Positions 11,957-25,079 of a DNA stretch of 64,000 nucleotides are shown here, one piece after another. Source of the DNA: Octopus bimaculoides (taxonomy: Eukaryota); assembly GCF_001194135.2 (NCBI RefSeq), contig NC_068993.1:23788764-23852763 (forward strand). The letters are read 5' to 3'. The notes under the pieces were generated by a model. The model was not told the DNA's origin, did not search any database, and worked only from the letters and a program-made list of their open reading frames with translations. A program made the translations under genes and the position numbers. Position 1 is the stretch's first letter. Each line of letters opens with the position of its first letter.

Positions 11957-14900
11957 TATACATACATGATGGCTGTCCACTCGTGACCGAGGAAGTCTAT
12001 TGCTGACATTTAAGAACATTGTGCCTACTAGGACGAACTTATATTTTGAATCTGAGGCTCCGTTGGTGGCTAAAGTGCCCTGCTCTTGAAAAGAATACAC
12101 GACTGCAAACATTGCAAGCCAAGATTTTCCCATTCACTACGCTAGTAGTGTGCTTTCAAGTAACACGCTTAAATGTTTCATGAAGAATACGTACTTTTTC
12201 AAAGGTGTTGCCCCCACTCCTTAACCTGCTTCCTCCTTCTGTGACGGTGATAGGTATTGCTCTCCCAATCGGTCTCCTGCATATCACAGGCCTTTAATGA
12301 GGACTTGACACTTTCCTTAAATCGCGGCCTTACCTTAGTTTCCTGCCGGGGTCTCTATCCACTAACAAGTTCCCCTATAGCATCTGTTTAGGGATCCTGC
12401 TATCCTTCACGTAACTGGTGTTTGTGCACCATCGCCTCATTACGCCAGATATCAGCTTTCCTCAAGACTTGTGTGTCTGGAGTTTTTACGGTCTAGCCAA
12501 CATTCAGAATGTGTCTCAGACATCTCTGATGGAAGAGTTCAGTGTCCTTTACATGAGTAAGCGAGCGATGTCAGTACGCATGCATAGTGCACAGCAATTT
12601 TTGTTTGCCATGTAATGCCATTGTGGGACCAGACACGAGACTCAAGAGACCGGAAGGAATCGATTGCACTCTGCAGCCTGAAAGATATTTCATCATCCAG
12701 GAAGCAAGAACGGCTGAGTGTGCTTCCCAGGTAGACAAACTTGTCTACCACTTGCAGTGTTGTTCCTTCAACCAAGGTAGCTGGTTCAACATATGGATAT
12801 CCTGGTACAGACTGGAACATTACAACAGTCTTATCCAGGCTAATGCTGAGTCCAAATGCCTTCCAAGAAGCAGAAATACGATTCATAACTATTTGCATTT
12901 TATCCATCATATGAGTGACTAAGTCACAGTCATCTGCATAAAGGAGGTCAAGAATAATAAGAGACTCGAAAACTTTTGAATTGGCAGCAAATCGGCGGAG
13001 ATTAAAGAGGCGCCCAGCAGATCGATACTTGACATTTTCTCAGAGAGCTAACATTAGCAAAAGCATGAGTAAAAGCAGTAGCAAAGTACAAAGAAAAGAA
13101 AGTTGGGGCAAGTATGTCACCCTGATTGAGACCATTCTCTTTAGGAATGGGTCCCGCCATGCCACTACCAACAGTGACCTAAGCCTCCATTCCGTCATGA
13201 AATGATTTAATTATAGATACAAGATGATCCGGACATCCAAGTTTACCAAGTATTTTCCGTAGCAAGGCCCTATTCGCAGTATCAAAGGCCTTGGTTAGCT
13301 CAATGAATACCTGGATAAGATCTATATTCTGCTCATAGGATTTCCTCTGCATCTGTTTTGCTGTGAAAATCATATCTATTGTCCTTCTTCCAAATCGGAA
13401 GCTACATTGAGATTCAGATAGGACATCATTTACGAGACACCCATTCAGACGGGTAAGAAGAATATTTGCCAGAACCTTGCCAGCAGTAGATAGTAGAGCA
13501 ATACCTCTGTAGTTAACACACATTATTCTGGTTCCTTTTCCTTTATAGAGAGGAAGGATAATTGTATCCTTCCAGCCCTTAGGGCATTGCGCCAGACTAC
13601 ACTGATAAGTTCCTGAAGGGACTGTATGATGTAATAACCACCAAATCGCAAAACCACAGCACAAATTCTATCCTTTCCAGGTGCCCTACCAATATTCAAT
13701 TTACTTATTGCTATCGTTACCTAAGGAATCAATGATAGGTCTTTGTTGCATAGTATCAATCACTGTTTCATCCACAATTGACTCGTAGTTTAGGTGTTCA
13801 AAGAAGTAGTGCATCCAGTGACTTGTGATTTCTTTTGAATTGGTAAGTACAGTAGAAGATTCATTGGAAAGCAAAGGAGGTGATACATAGATTTTAGGCC
13901 CATAGACATACTTCATAAGATGGTAAACATTCTTGCTGTCATATCCATCAACAGCAGCCTGAACATCACGCGCAAGATCCTCCCACCAAGTGTTCTGCAT
14001 CTTCATAAGAGATCACTGCAGTAGTGATTTTACACTGCTATAGTGAGCAAGTGCTAGATTTTACTGCACAGCTGAAAGTCCTCTATGCAGCAATACATTG
14101 TGGGCATATGCGCTTCACAACTAATAGTCGCTGAACGTCAGCATCATTTTCATCAAACCTCTCTCTGTGTCAAGCAGTAGCATATCCCAGTGTTTCAGCA
14201 GCACATTGAAGAACCACATTGAAGATTTCGAAAATTTTCCCATATTGTAGTATTTGCAATGCTGCACAGGCGAGTCTAAAGCTGTTTCCTCAACACAGCA
14301 TCATACATCTTGTGGACATTCAGACGCCGAGGAATGTCAACTGGCCCTCTTCTTTTTCACTCTAATCCGGAACTTTGCTCGCACCAGACTGTGGTCTGTC
14401 CAGCATTCCGATACATGAAAGGACTTGACGTTATAAATGTCATAGCTCTCACGCTTGCGGATGATGACATAATCCAGCAAGTGACGAACTTTAGACCTTG
14501 GATGCATCGATGTTGTTGTGGGATCACTTTTGTCCATAAAATGACTGCTTGCAACGTAGAGTCCATGTTCATCGCAAAGCTCAAGCAGCATAATAGCATT
14601 GCTATTAATTTTCCCTACAGAATTGCTAGAGAATTCCATGTTTCTTCGTTTGTTCCAACCCTATCATTGAAATCCAGGTAGAATGACTTTATCAGAACTG
14701 GGTATTGTCTTAAATATGGCTCTCAGATGGGTATAAAATATTGTTTTATCTTCATCACAACTATTCAAAGTAGGTGCGTATGCACTTATTAGAGTAGCAA
14801 ATCTCCCACCTTTCAGGTGCAGTCGTAATCATTAGACGTTCATTTAGAGGAACAGAAAACTGCTCAAACTTCTTAAGGATATCAGATCAAACTGCAAGCC

Positions 14901-16075
14901 AACACTAGACTCTATTCGCTCCTCATTCAGTTTCCTCTTTCAAAAAGAGGTGTATCCACCTCCTACTTCCTCAAGCTGACCATCACCTTCTATACGCGTC
15001 TCTGAAAGTGCAGCTATATCAATGTCATAACGGTTCAGCTTGTGAGCAACACTTGCAGTGCATTTTGAGGCCTACAATCACTCTTGTTATCCAAAAAGAG
15101 TGCGCATATTCCAACGTGAAATGTTCAAGTTCCATCCAGATTTTGTAAAAAAAACAAGTCTCTGTTTTTCGAGCGCAAGGTGGACATCTGTCAGTCGCGC
15201 TAAACTGACCAGATATAGAAAGACAGGCAATTTTTTATTCACCTTTTCTAAAACCTCCGACTGAGCAGTACCCTCTCCAGATGGAGCTGCACAGACATCC
15301 ATGCAGCAACCGAATCTTATCGCGACAAGGTGACGATTTTATATCTAGCATGGGCCGCCTAAGTGCAGGTCACTGACTACATACTTCGAACCTATCAGGT
15401 CTGCATGCCTCCCCACCTTCCCATCACCGCAAGACTCTCGAATAAAAATAAAATAAATATATGGTAAAGATAAATAAATATATGCTAAAAATAAAGATGT
15501 ACTGAAAATAAAATGAATATATATAGGGGGAAAAGTGGCACATATCGAGCAGAGGTCAGCAATGCCAGTGCAGAGTTTTAGATCCAGTAAGGCTTCCACA
15601 CCTCATAGTCCCTCTCCACTCTATCGACATTATCCAGAGACAAGGCAGAGTGACATGCCCGGTGCCAATATGAATCACAGGCCAAGAGACATGGGAGCGC
15701 CATGATATCTAGCTCAAACCAAAATCTTCGAAATATCCGATGCTATTCCCTACATATCTGGTTTTATATCAGAGTGACCTTCTCCTAGAGACATGCTTCA
15801 ACAGAAGCTGAGGGGTGCTTCACTCTCAGTGGTCTTCTAGCACGCCGGACACTATCCCGGAATTCCTGCCTACCCGTGCTATTCCTAGATAGACGTTGAA
15901 CCTGCACTAGTTTCATTCGACCTTTCAATAGGTCTTGTTTTTTTTTCTGCCACCCTCCTCCCCAGGGTAGCCTGGTGGGGGTGCCAGTTTAGTCACCGAC
16001 AACCCGACCATGTAACAGGCTGTACTGGATTCCATGTTACAAGTAGCACTTATGAGAGCCTCATAAGTGATGTGA
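11957..16075 (-). mobile_element. Near-full-length degenerate RTE-clade LINE (5' UTR, APE endonuclease, RT, 3' end)
   Basis: Ordered fragments: NISRWNMRTLF / YDIDIAALSETR (APE), NSNAIMLLELCDEHGL...SMHPRSKVRHLLDYVIIRKR, WKDTIILPLYKGKG...NYRGIALLSTAGKVLANILL...ESQCSFRFGRRTIDMIFT, FGLSISLDKTVVM...FVYLGSTLS. The 3' end is CTCGGTCACGAGTGGACAGCCATCA-(TGTA)n. Many stops and frameshifts. Confidence 0.93.
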
Positions 16076-16429
16076 CATACATACATACATACATACATAA
16101 ATGGATATGATCGAGCGGAAAATGTATTACATCCATATAGACAGTTTTTGTGAGGCTCTTTATTAAGATATATGTAATTCTTTATGAATTTAAAGTCTAC
16201 AGTCCTCCAGAAAATGAATAATACTACAGCTTACAATATTAATCATATAGGCGTGAAATTACGCGGCAGTATTTCATAGTTGTATTAGGTTATCACACAT
16301 GAAATGTTGCATTTTTATTTAATTATTTGTTATTTCAGTCATTTGAAATCTCAATTATGTATACCCTTGCTTTTAATTTTGACTCTTTCTCTTTTTAAAC
16401 AATATTGGTATACAAAATTGATACCCCCG

Positions 16430-17375
16430 ACCCTAATGAAAATGGTAACAACCAACCAATGTTGAGGGGTTTTCTTGTACAAACTGGGTCACTCTGCCGC
16501 AGAAGCTCCACATAATATTAAGCATGCTTTGGTAATGGTTTTATTGGCATCAGAACTGTTCAGAGATCTCGTTCAGATGATAGCCTTGATAATGAACCAA
16601 GGGGGAGGCCAAAATAAATTACCCGGCGCGGTGGATTAAATGCTTCGGTTGAACAAAATACAGAAACAACAGTGCGAAAACTTTCATCAAACTCCAAACA
16701 TCTCGCACAACTGTTTATCGACACCTGAAAAAACTGGATAGGTCACTTCCACATCAACCGGGCGAGATTAAAAAAAAAACAGGTGCCTTGATGAGTATTC
16801 CATATTGCTTTCTCGACTGGAGAAAAAAACATTTTTGCGTCGAGTCACTACAATGATTAGATGCACGAGAGTCACCTAAACACTACCGAAAACCACCATT
16901 GCACTCTAAAAATTAGTGGTAATTGTATGGTGGTCCGCAAAGGTTATTAATTATTCATTTTTGCAACAGGGATAAATGGTAACAGTAATATCGTATTGCT
17001 AGGAAACTGATGGTATGCATAAGAATTTGAAAAAGAAGCAACCCGGACGAGTGAATAGAAATGGCCCAATCTTGCTCCACTGCAATTCACGTCCTCACAC
17101 TTCTCAAGCTTCAGTCCAAAAGTTGTAAAGCCTGAACTATGAGATTTGGCAACATCCTCTCTATTACCCTGATATTTCTCCTACTTATTATCATTTATTT
17201 AAGCATTTTCAGCTTTTCATTCGCAAGAAAACATTCTTAAATAGAGAAGAGGTAACTGAAGTAATCGGACGGTTTTTCACAGCAAATGATGACATTTTTT
17301 TTAAAGATGAAAAATATAACTTAGAGAAACGTTGGGTAATGGTTATAAATGAACATGGATCATATTTTGGTTAAA
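16430..17375 (+). mobile_element. Mariner-type transposase relic
   Basis: Hand translation gives ...VEQNTETTVRKLSS..SRTTVYRHLKKL...VIVWWSAK...NRNGPILLHCNSRPH...HPLYYPDISPTYYHLFKHFQ...LEKRWVMVINEHGSYF, decayed versions of HDNARPH and YSPDLAPSDYHLF. Confidence 0.85.
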
Positions 17376-17539
17376 TAAATCAGTTCTTTAACACTTCTGA
17401 AATATTTTATTGTTACCTTTCTTGCATGACAACATAATATTTGCAAATACAACCGACACATGTACAATAAAAAGTGCACATGCAATACTTACTTAAGTTC
17501 TATAAATTCATACTAGCTGGGAGATAGTCGATGTTTTAA

Positions 17540-17840
17540 GCATTCAATGGTGTAAATTGGAATAGTTGTACTAGACTTTTTATGGGGCCCAACTTGGTCC
17601 CACTGCTCTATTAGATGTTCTTCATACTATTTCTTCTATTTTTTTTAAGGCAAAGCTCCTCGACGTTGAATGGTATGGCTGATTAAAGTGATATTATAAG
17701 TACCGAATGTGAGTCTAGCGGAAGGTCTCTCCTGTTGCTGCTCTAAAGTCTTAAGACGTTTTCATTAATAGTGCCCTTAGAACATGTCAATTGACCAGTC
17801 GTCTTTTAAGGAAAATATTATCAACAATATATAGATATTT
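17540..17840 (-). mobile_element. Possible RTE-X/RTE-like LINE C-terminal relic
   Basis: Minus frames give LKRRL...HVLRALL and ISHTIQRR, resembling the RLDG..TRMLRAALN.SW and LPxISxTIRxRR motifs. Very decayed. Confidence 0.35.
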
Positions 17841-18300
17841 GCTAGGGATGCATCTGTATTACTTTTCCTATCCCTTTCTCCTTCTATCTCTCTCCGGTCT
17901 CATCAGTGTCTGGAATTCCTTTCCTTTCGCGTGACACATTTCTATATATTACTTCTCTATTTTAATACTTCAAAGAATTCCACTGATTCAGGTTGTACAC
18001 GTCATGTTTTCTTCCAGGTTGCCACTGAGCATGTCGACATATAAACTCGTTTCCCTATTTTTTCTGTCACATTATTTGTTATATTTGAAGGGAGTAAATC
18101 ATTTACTGTGGGTGATGTGGCAAATATTTCTACTGTTATTTTGCAGCGGCACGTAAATTTTCTACATTTTTATGACATATATTGATTTATATGCGTATTG
18201 AATGGAAACACCAGAAGGAACGTTTGCTTGTAAAAAGTTTTGCTGGATTTTCCATTCACATGAGCAGTATTCCTATACAGTTTATATAAGTGTATATGTG

Positions 18301-18349
<49 letters not shown>

Positions 18350-19423
18350 TCTGTGGTTGCTTATTACAGTTTCTCTTACGTTTTGAACTAATCTGTTCAA
18401 GCAATCCAAAATTACGTTTGTATATTTTTTCGCAAATCTTTCAGAATTTTTTCCTGCATAAGTTCAATGAAACGGAAAGAGAACTATCATAGATTAAAGG
18501 CCGGTATATTTCATGTGCTTTGATATGTTTCACTAAGAGCGCATTGTCCGTTCATGTCATTTAATTTCCTAATGTCTTCAGAAAGTTATAATTCCAAGAT
18601 AATTTCGAATGAAAATGTCCTGACCTTAGAAAGAACTAAACCATATATTGATCGCATGAATCTAATGTATCTTTGTTTCTGCAGTTACTTTGTCATTATA
18701 TTGCTTTCTAACAGATGAAGGAAGGAGTACAAAGTTCTAATGTTATTTAAGTAGCTTAAACAGCATTTAAAAATATAATCAGCTAAGGTGCTTTAATTAC
18801 CGAACGTACCATTCAATTAGAATTTGCTAGAATGTTGTAGCATTTATTCTCAAACCAATTCAATATGAGGAAACTAATCATACAAAAACGTGCGGTATTG
18901 AATATTAATCAACTAAATGTAAAAAGACAATTTGATGGGTTCTTGGTTTACACAATAACAAACAATTCACTACATTATAGATAGAAATAGGATGCAAAGT
19001 GGATAATCAAAATGTGTGGAGCGTCATATATTTCAAATTCATTTGATGAATATCTTTTATATTTAGGTAAGGATGATTTGCGAAACTCAGTTCAGCAATT
19101 TTTGCTCGATGGGCTCGACAATTAATTTAATGGTATTCTATGTCAGATGTCGATATTTTTTAGTTATTTAATGGCGGGAGGTAGCTTAATTATCTCCTTA
19201 TTTCCATAAAAATAGCTCTGTCCAATACATCAATATGCAACTCTTTTACCACGCTGATATTTATCTACGACATCCTCATAGTTTAGATAAAGTTATCATA
19301 TGGCCTTAAAAAAAGGTGGTTCCTTTGCCTTGTCTTCAGTCTGAAAATTAGTATCACTCATGTGTTGAAGAACCAGTAATGGTATTCTATCTGTCAAATC
19401 CTGGATGATTATCTGGTTACATG

Positions 19424-19427
<4 letters not shown>

Positions 19428-19467
<40 letters not shown>

Positions 19468-19500
19468 AAAGATAGAGAGGGAGAAAGAGAGAGAGAGAAG
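19428..19500. repeat. (GA)n microsatellite
   Basis: Seen directly in the sequence. Confidence 0.95.
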
Positions 19501-20352
19501 AAATTTGCAGGAAAAGAGAGAGAGAGCAAAGATATTTTACATGCTGCCTGCGCGTGCATGAGTTAAAGAAATGATGTTGTAAGCTAATACTCTATACTTA
19601 TTTGCAACTGACGGCTCTGGTAGTATTTGACTGGCTTAGATTGTTTTAAAAACATATTACAGAATATACCACAATAAAAATATTTCCGATTCTACAGTTT
19701 AACGGACAGATGTTAGATACAAATCTTTTCTAGGGTTATTTGCTTATGGTACAGTTATAGAACTTTGTAAAACTCCCAATGAACAGGTGAGATGGTGCAA
19801 ATATCTATCAAATAAGTATTACATGTAATTTGATAATTACCGTCATATAATATTTCGTATACTAGATGATTTATTTAAGCAAGTCATGTGGTACAATCTA
19901 AATATATATATTTGTGTGTGTGAGTGTGTTTTTTAGTGTGTATGTCTACGTATATGTGTATGCCCATACCCATACACACATACATACACACGCGCGCACA
20001 AACACATCAATTTTAGGGTAACTATCTCAAATTTTATCAGAAATTTGAATGTGCACATGTTTTAATAGCAAGTAATGAAATAGAATTTTGCTGGAAGAAA
20101 TTTTGTTGTGATAAACCATATTTGCATTAATTATTTCCAAATTATGGTGCCATTATAGTTTGTAAAGCAATCTACTGAAACCCCTAGAGAATTTGAAAAT
20201 TACTGCAAGAAAATCCAAAATCTGTATCACATTAAAAGCTTTTCTTCATAGTCTGTTTAAATTAAACATAAATTAGATAATAATGAACTGTCAATCAATT
20301 TTATATTCTAATATTTAAAAATATTTTTTTAATTTGGGCGTACGAATATTTT

Positions 20353-20454
20353 GGAGGCACAGGCGTGTCTATGTGGCACCTTGGGCAAGTGTCTTTTGCT
20401 ATAGCCTTCAGCTGATCAAAGACTTGTGATTGAAATTGATACATGGAAACCGTC

Positions 20455-20501
<47 letters not shown>

Positions 20502-20760
20502 NNNNNNNNNNGTGTGTGTGTGTGTGTGTGTGTGCGTGTGTGTGTGTGTGTGTTTGTATGTGTGTGTTTGTGTGTGTTTGTGTTTGCTGCTTCACAACCT
20601 CTGTCAGTGTGTTTAAATATCTGTAACTTAGCGGTTCGGGAAACCGAACTGATAGAATAAGTATCAGGCTTCAAAAATTAAGTAGTAAATTTCTTCAAGG
20701 TGATGCCCCGACACGGCATTAATCTAATGACTGAAACAAGTAAAAGATAAAAGATAAATA
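20353..20760 (+). mobile_element. tRNA-headed SINE family B (CORE-like CACCTTGGGCAAGTGTCTT) with internal (TA)n/(TG)n tract and 10-N gap
   Basis: Aligns by eye with the 30848-31240 copy (GGCACCTTGGGCAAGTGTCTT...GTAACTTAGCGGTTCGG...GATAGAATAAGTA...AATGACTGAAACAAGTAAAAG). The head is partly deleted. Confidence 0.88.
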
Positions 20761-21283
20761 CTATCAATATTTAGGCTGGACTAAAAGGAGCATGAAGTAT
20801 AAAACAGTTGAATCATTTCTGCAATATGACTGCTTACTATGGGTGGTAGTTAATACGCATTCATTATAGTAGCGTCATATAAAATCGTTGTATTTACATA
20901 TAATAATAATTAAATATTTCGTTAAGAATGGAGTTTTGATGTTGTTATAAAGGAATTTCTAATTTAAATAAAGTAATAAATATGTATGCCATTGAAATAA
21001 ATATTTGGAAACACACAATTAGGCACATAAATGTCTGGAAAATGCTCACATTTTAGCCATTATTTTCGGTTATTTGCTCTATAGCAATTGTGTAATATTA
21101 CTAAGAAAACAACTTTTATTGAATTTTTACAGACAAAATTGAAAGATGTGAAACTAAGGTAACTATAGGAAATGACATTATTACATAATAAATAATTTAT
21201 TGTTATATTGTTATATATGCTTTAAAGTAGATGATAAAAGAGTTTCACTATCACAAACCGAAACCAATGAAAACATTCTAATT

Positions 21284-21350
<67 letters not shown>
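21284..21350. repeat. (GTA)n microsatellite
   Basis: Seen directly in the sequence. Confidence 0.98.
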
Positions 21351-21351
<1 letters not shown>

Positions 21352-21553
21352 TACTATTGCTGTTGTCTCATTTTTACCAATAGATCCTATTCATACATAA
21401 AATGTATATAACTGTTACCTTATATAAAAAGAGGGTGATTGCACAAAGAATTGGTTGATTATGGAAAGCCCAGCTATATTTGGAAAATATATTTGAAGGA
21501 AGTATGAAAACAAATGAGGTGTTACACATAATCAGACACACATTCAGACACAG

Positions 21554-21584
<31 letters not shown>

Positions 21585-22559
21585 TTTGCACCCGCTATAA
21601 GGGTAGTAAAATAGCCAGGCCGATACAGAGTCGGAAAACAACAAATATACATAGATACTACTCAACTTACGGAAATTTTTTTCACAAAACAATGGTCATC
21701 CTGTGGTACTATAGAACATGGATGTAATTTTTAATAATATGTTTTCATTTCAATGTCTCCAGCTCAAATTTCTCATATTCAAATAAAACAATGATATATT
21801 TCAGGACGCACATTCAGGGTCAGATAGATTTTTCGCAGGATCCTGAATTTCAGATCCTTCGACGTGGAAGTATGCCTCATTGATTGTAAAATGCATCTGA
21901 TTAAATTTCATGTTTAGCATCTTTTACCATTTTTCAGCTTTTGAAATTATTGTAACAGTCCTCAATTCCAGTACTACCCCAGCCAAAGTTACCTGTGGCT
22001 TTCTCCGCCAAAGGTGTTACTCTACTCCATAGCTAATTCTCTTTAGATTACTAAGGCAGAATTTCCGTTGATGGCATTGACCCTCAGAAGGTAATGAACA
22101 GTTGTCAGTAGTACGAATATCAATCGACCATTTTTATATTTATTTCACCCACCTCCCACAAAGAAACAAATCTTACAAAGGCGATGGAACTCGCTCATTG
22201 CGAAAGTACATTTTCTGAAGTGCTGCAACAAACGCATGTCAGCACATTATTATCTACATTATACTAACCCTTCTTTATAGAGAAGTCCAACATCAGTTGA
22301 ACTGTCTAAGCAGTAGAATGCTTTGCTTTTTAAAACAAACACAAAACAAAAATGAAGAACAGGGTCTCTTAACTGGTCAACTCTAAATAGAACTAAATGA
22401 AGACTGGTAAAATTATAAGATTAGATTGGAAATAAAATCCTTTCACACTTTTCACATGCTCACTTTTGTGGGTATTTTTCCATGTTTCCCATATAATAAG
22501 CATTAATTTTTCTATACTCTGAAGTGTTTTTTTTTTTCTTTGACGCAGATAATGTTGAA

Positions 22560-23450
22560 TTTATCCTTTTAAAATGAGTTCAAACTCGATCTTTATCAGA
22601 ACCTGCATGCCATTTGAATTCAAAATGAGCACTTCTACAATGGAATCGGTACGATATTTTCGTTATGTCTATGAAAATGAATCTTTATGTATCCGGGCAT
22701 ACCAACGATGGTTTGACCTTTTCTCCTCAGAAAATGCTTATCCCGCACATTCCCTTCGATCGGAACAGGCAAGTTCTGTCAATATTTATCTTCTAAAACA
22801 TGTAGTTCAAGAAAACCCCAGAACGGCACGAGAATTAACAAAACGATGCAATTCAAGTCAGGCATCATAAAACATGAAATATCTATGTGAACTGTGAAAA
22901 GTGCCTAAACTTGGCCTGTGAGTTTCACATCATCTGATTGCTTCTCAGCTTAATCGAAGTGTTGTACTGAAATCTTCATTACAAAATGAACATCGTACAG
23001 ATATCTTCTTGGGTAGCCACTTCACAGGTGAAAAACGAATTCCGTTTATTCATTTTCAACGAAGCAACAATGGTTAGCACCCAATGAGAAAGGACGGTCC
23101 ATGCCAAAACAGTGACTACAACTGAAAAAATACTGCACTGTATTTGTTTGAATATTAAAGGTGTCGTCTTTCGTGAAGTGTGAAACCAAACGAAACAATG
23201 CTGTCAATTGGAAACATTCTATAATTATTAGCACAAAAAAAACGTATTTATTATTTGTCACTCCTAAACGGACTTTGCTGAAGTATGATAAAGCAAAACC
23301 ATATTTTGCCTATATCGCTCATGCAAAGATTATGGCACTATATATGAAAGTTACTCATACCCCTTATACCCATTATCTTACTTCCGCCATCATTTCATTT
23401 TTCCACACCATTGCAGCAATATTTAGAGGTAAACTATTTTATTAACTGTG
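22560..23450 (+). mobile_element. Mariner-type transposase relic
   Basis: ORF 22574-22870 (FIRTCMPFEFK...AYQRWFDLFS...LKHVVQENPR) is a mariner HTH N-terminus. It is followed by KVPKLGL..SHHL (WVPHxL-like), QWLAPNEK, and ORF 23161-23445 (YDKAKPY...HTPYTHYLTSAIISFF...RGKLF; decayed HDNARPH / YSPDL). Confidence 0.8.
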
Positions 23451-23560
23451 AAAATATTGTGCAGTTATTTCTTTATTTGTTTTCAAATCTGAAGAATTTT
23501 ACGCTCACGTGTGTTGTCAAATAGATGGCATTATATTACCAATAATATAGTCATGATGAA

Positions 23561-23668
23561 CCTTTCGGAGTCGATAAATTTTGTACCAGTTGCGTACTGA
23601 GGTCGATCTAATCGACTGAGCTCCTCCCCAAAAAAATTTTCGGCTTTGTGTCTAGAGTAGAAAAGAAT
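23561..23668 (+). mobile_element. SINE family A, 3' part
   Basis: CCTTTCGGAGTCGATAAATTTTGTACCAGTTGCGTACTGAGGTCGATCTAATCGAC...TCTAGAGTAGAAAAGAAT matches the 46372-46575 copy. Confidence 0.85.
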
Positions 23669-23709
23669 ATACTCTTGTTAAACGATGACTACAACTTTGT
23701 TTTCTAAGG

Positions 23710-24560
23710 AAAATGACATTAAACAGAGTTTATCAGCGTATGCAGACACAGCTTTCCTGCTTCCAATGTCCAACCAAATTGTGCAAGTATAGATTCTACA
23801 GAAGTAACTGGAGAACCAATGACGCAGACAGAGTGATCGGGAAAAAATTTCCCCGAGAAATTGAAAACCTGTTAAGAAGCGATCCCAGTAGATGGTTACT
23901 TAGTATCATTAGAGTTGTACATTCTCTCTGAAAACTCCCTACAATTAACATATTTGAATACAATCGGCAGCTTTTAGGTCAGTATCCCAGTAGCAGCAAC
24001 TGACATAATCGAAAATTATCAATTAATTCTAATTGATTAGAGCTACATCAAAGCCAGGTTGTTACCCAAACTCTGATAAAAGGCATGGGGTAGAGATTAT
24101 CAGGAATAAATTTGCATGAAATCTTACATGTCTGAAAATTTCCGACTACAATACTGACGACTGGTGCCGATGGTTTTGCTAATTCTTCGACTAAAATCTT
24201 AATCTCAGCATGTACTAATCAATGCCCATCCACATCTACATACCATCACCTATATTTTAACAGCTGTTATCAGAAGTTTTTAGTACAATGTTTCTACTGT
24301 AGTGGAGGGAGCAACCAAGTTAGTAACTGAAGGACAATACCATTTCTAGCTCGTCATTTGGCCAAACCTTCCAAAATTCTAGTTCTTGCACATAACTATC
24401 TATCAAAAATCTATTTCTGACATGTTTTCAGGACGGACATGCACCATCTAGGCGTATGGAATGGTTTTCGTCAGTATGTGTTTTAGATAATGCTCTATAG
24501 TTCTAACAATTTAAACGCCATCTTTCGCTTTGGAGAAATAGTTCAATCACTCCATTCTTT
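23710..24560 (-). mobile_element. Possible Ty3/Gypsy RT relic
   Basis: Minus frames give KDG...NYRALSKTHTDENHSIRLD and ELEFWKV, resembling KKDGxxRxCxDYRxLN...HPIPR and DLxxGFWQV. The remainder is very decayed. Confidence 0.3.
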
Positions 24561-25079
24561 GCATAAAGTCTACCTCTATTAGTTGACTTCGAATTTACTC
24601 CTTGGCCCTACTTCTAATCTATTTTTCTGTATCATTATCATTAGCTCAAAGCTACGAATTCTATTCTAATCATCTCTTCAGAGGATGATTGTTTTTGAGT
24701 CTTTTAATAATAATTGGGACAGTACAGACATAATAAAATGGATTAAAAATATATGGAAGTCGTTATATAAATGTACAAATACATACACCAGTGTAAAATG
24801 CCACAACCTAGAAAGGTTGGGTCGTTCTTTTGCGTCGACCAAATCTAATGTTAATCATCTCATGCAAACTTGTATAATTTGCAAAATAACTCCAGTGAAA
24901 TCATGGCTTGTCCTTTGCGAGCACTGTGGTGTGTGTTATTTGACTTATAATCTCTATTTTCCTCTAAATGAACAGATTATTTTTCCTTCTTTCTTTCCTG
25001 CCATTCACTATTTCGAGTTTCCTTTGTTTAAATATACATATTTGCACATCGTACACAACAGTTCCTTCGGCGAGTATTA

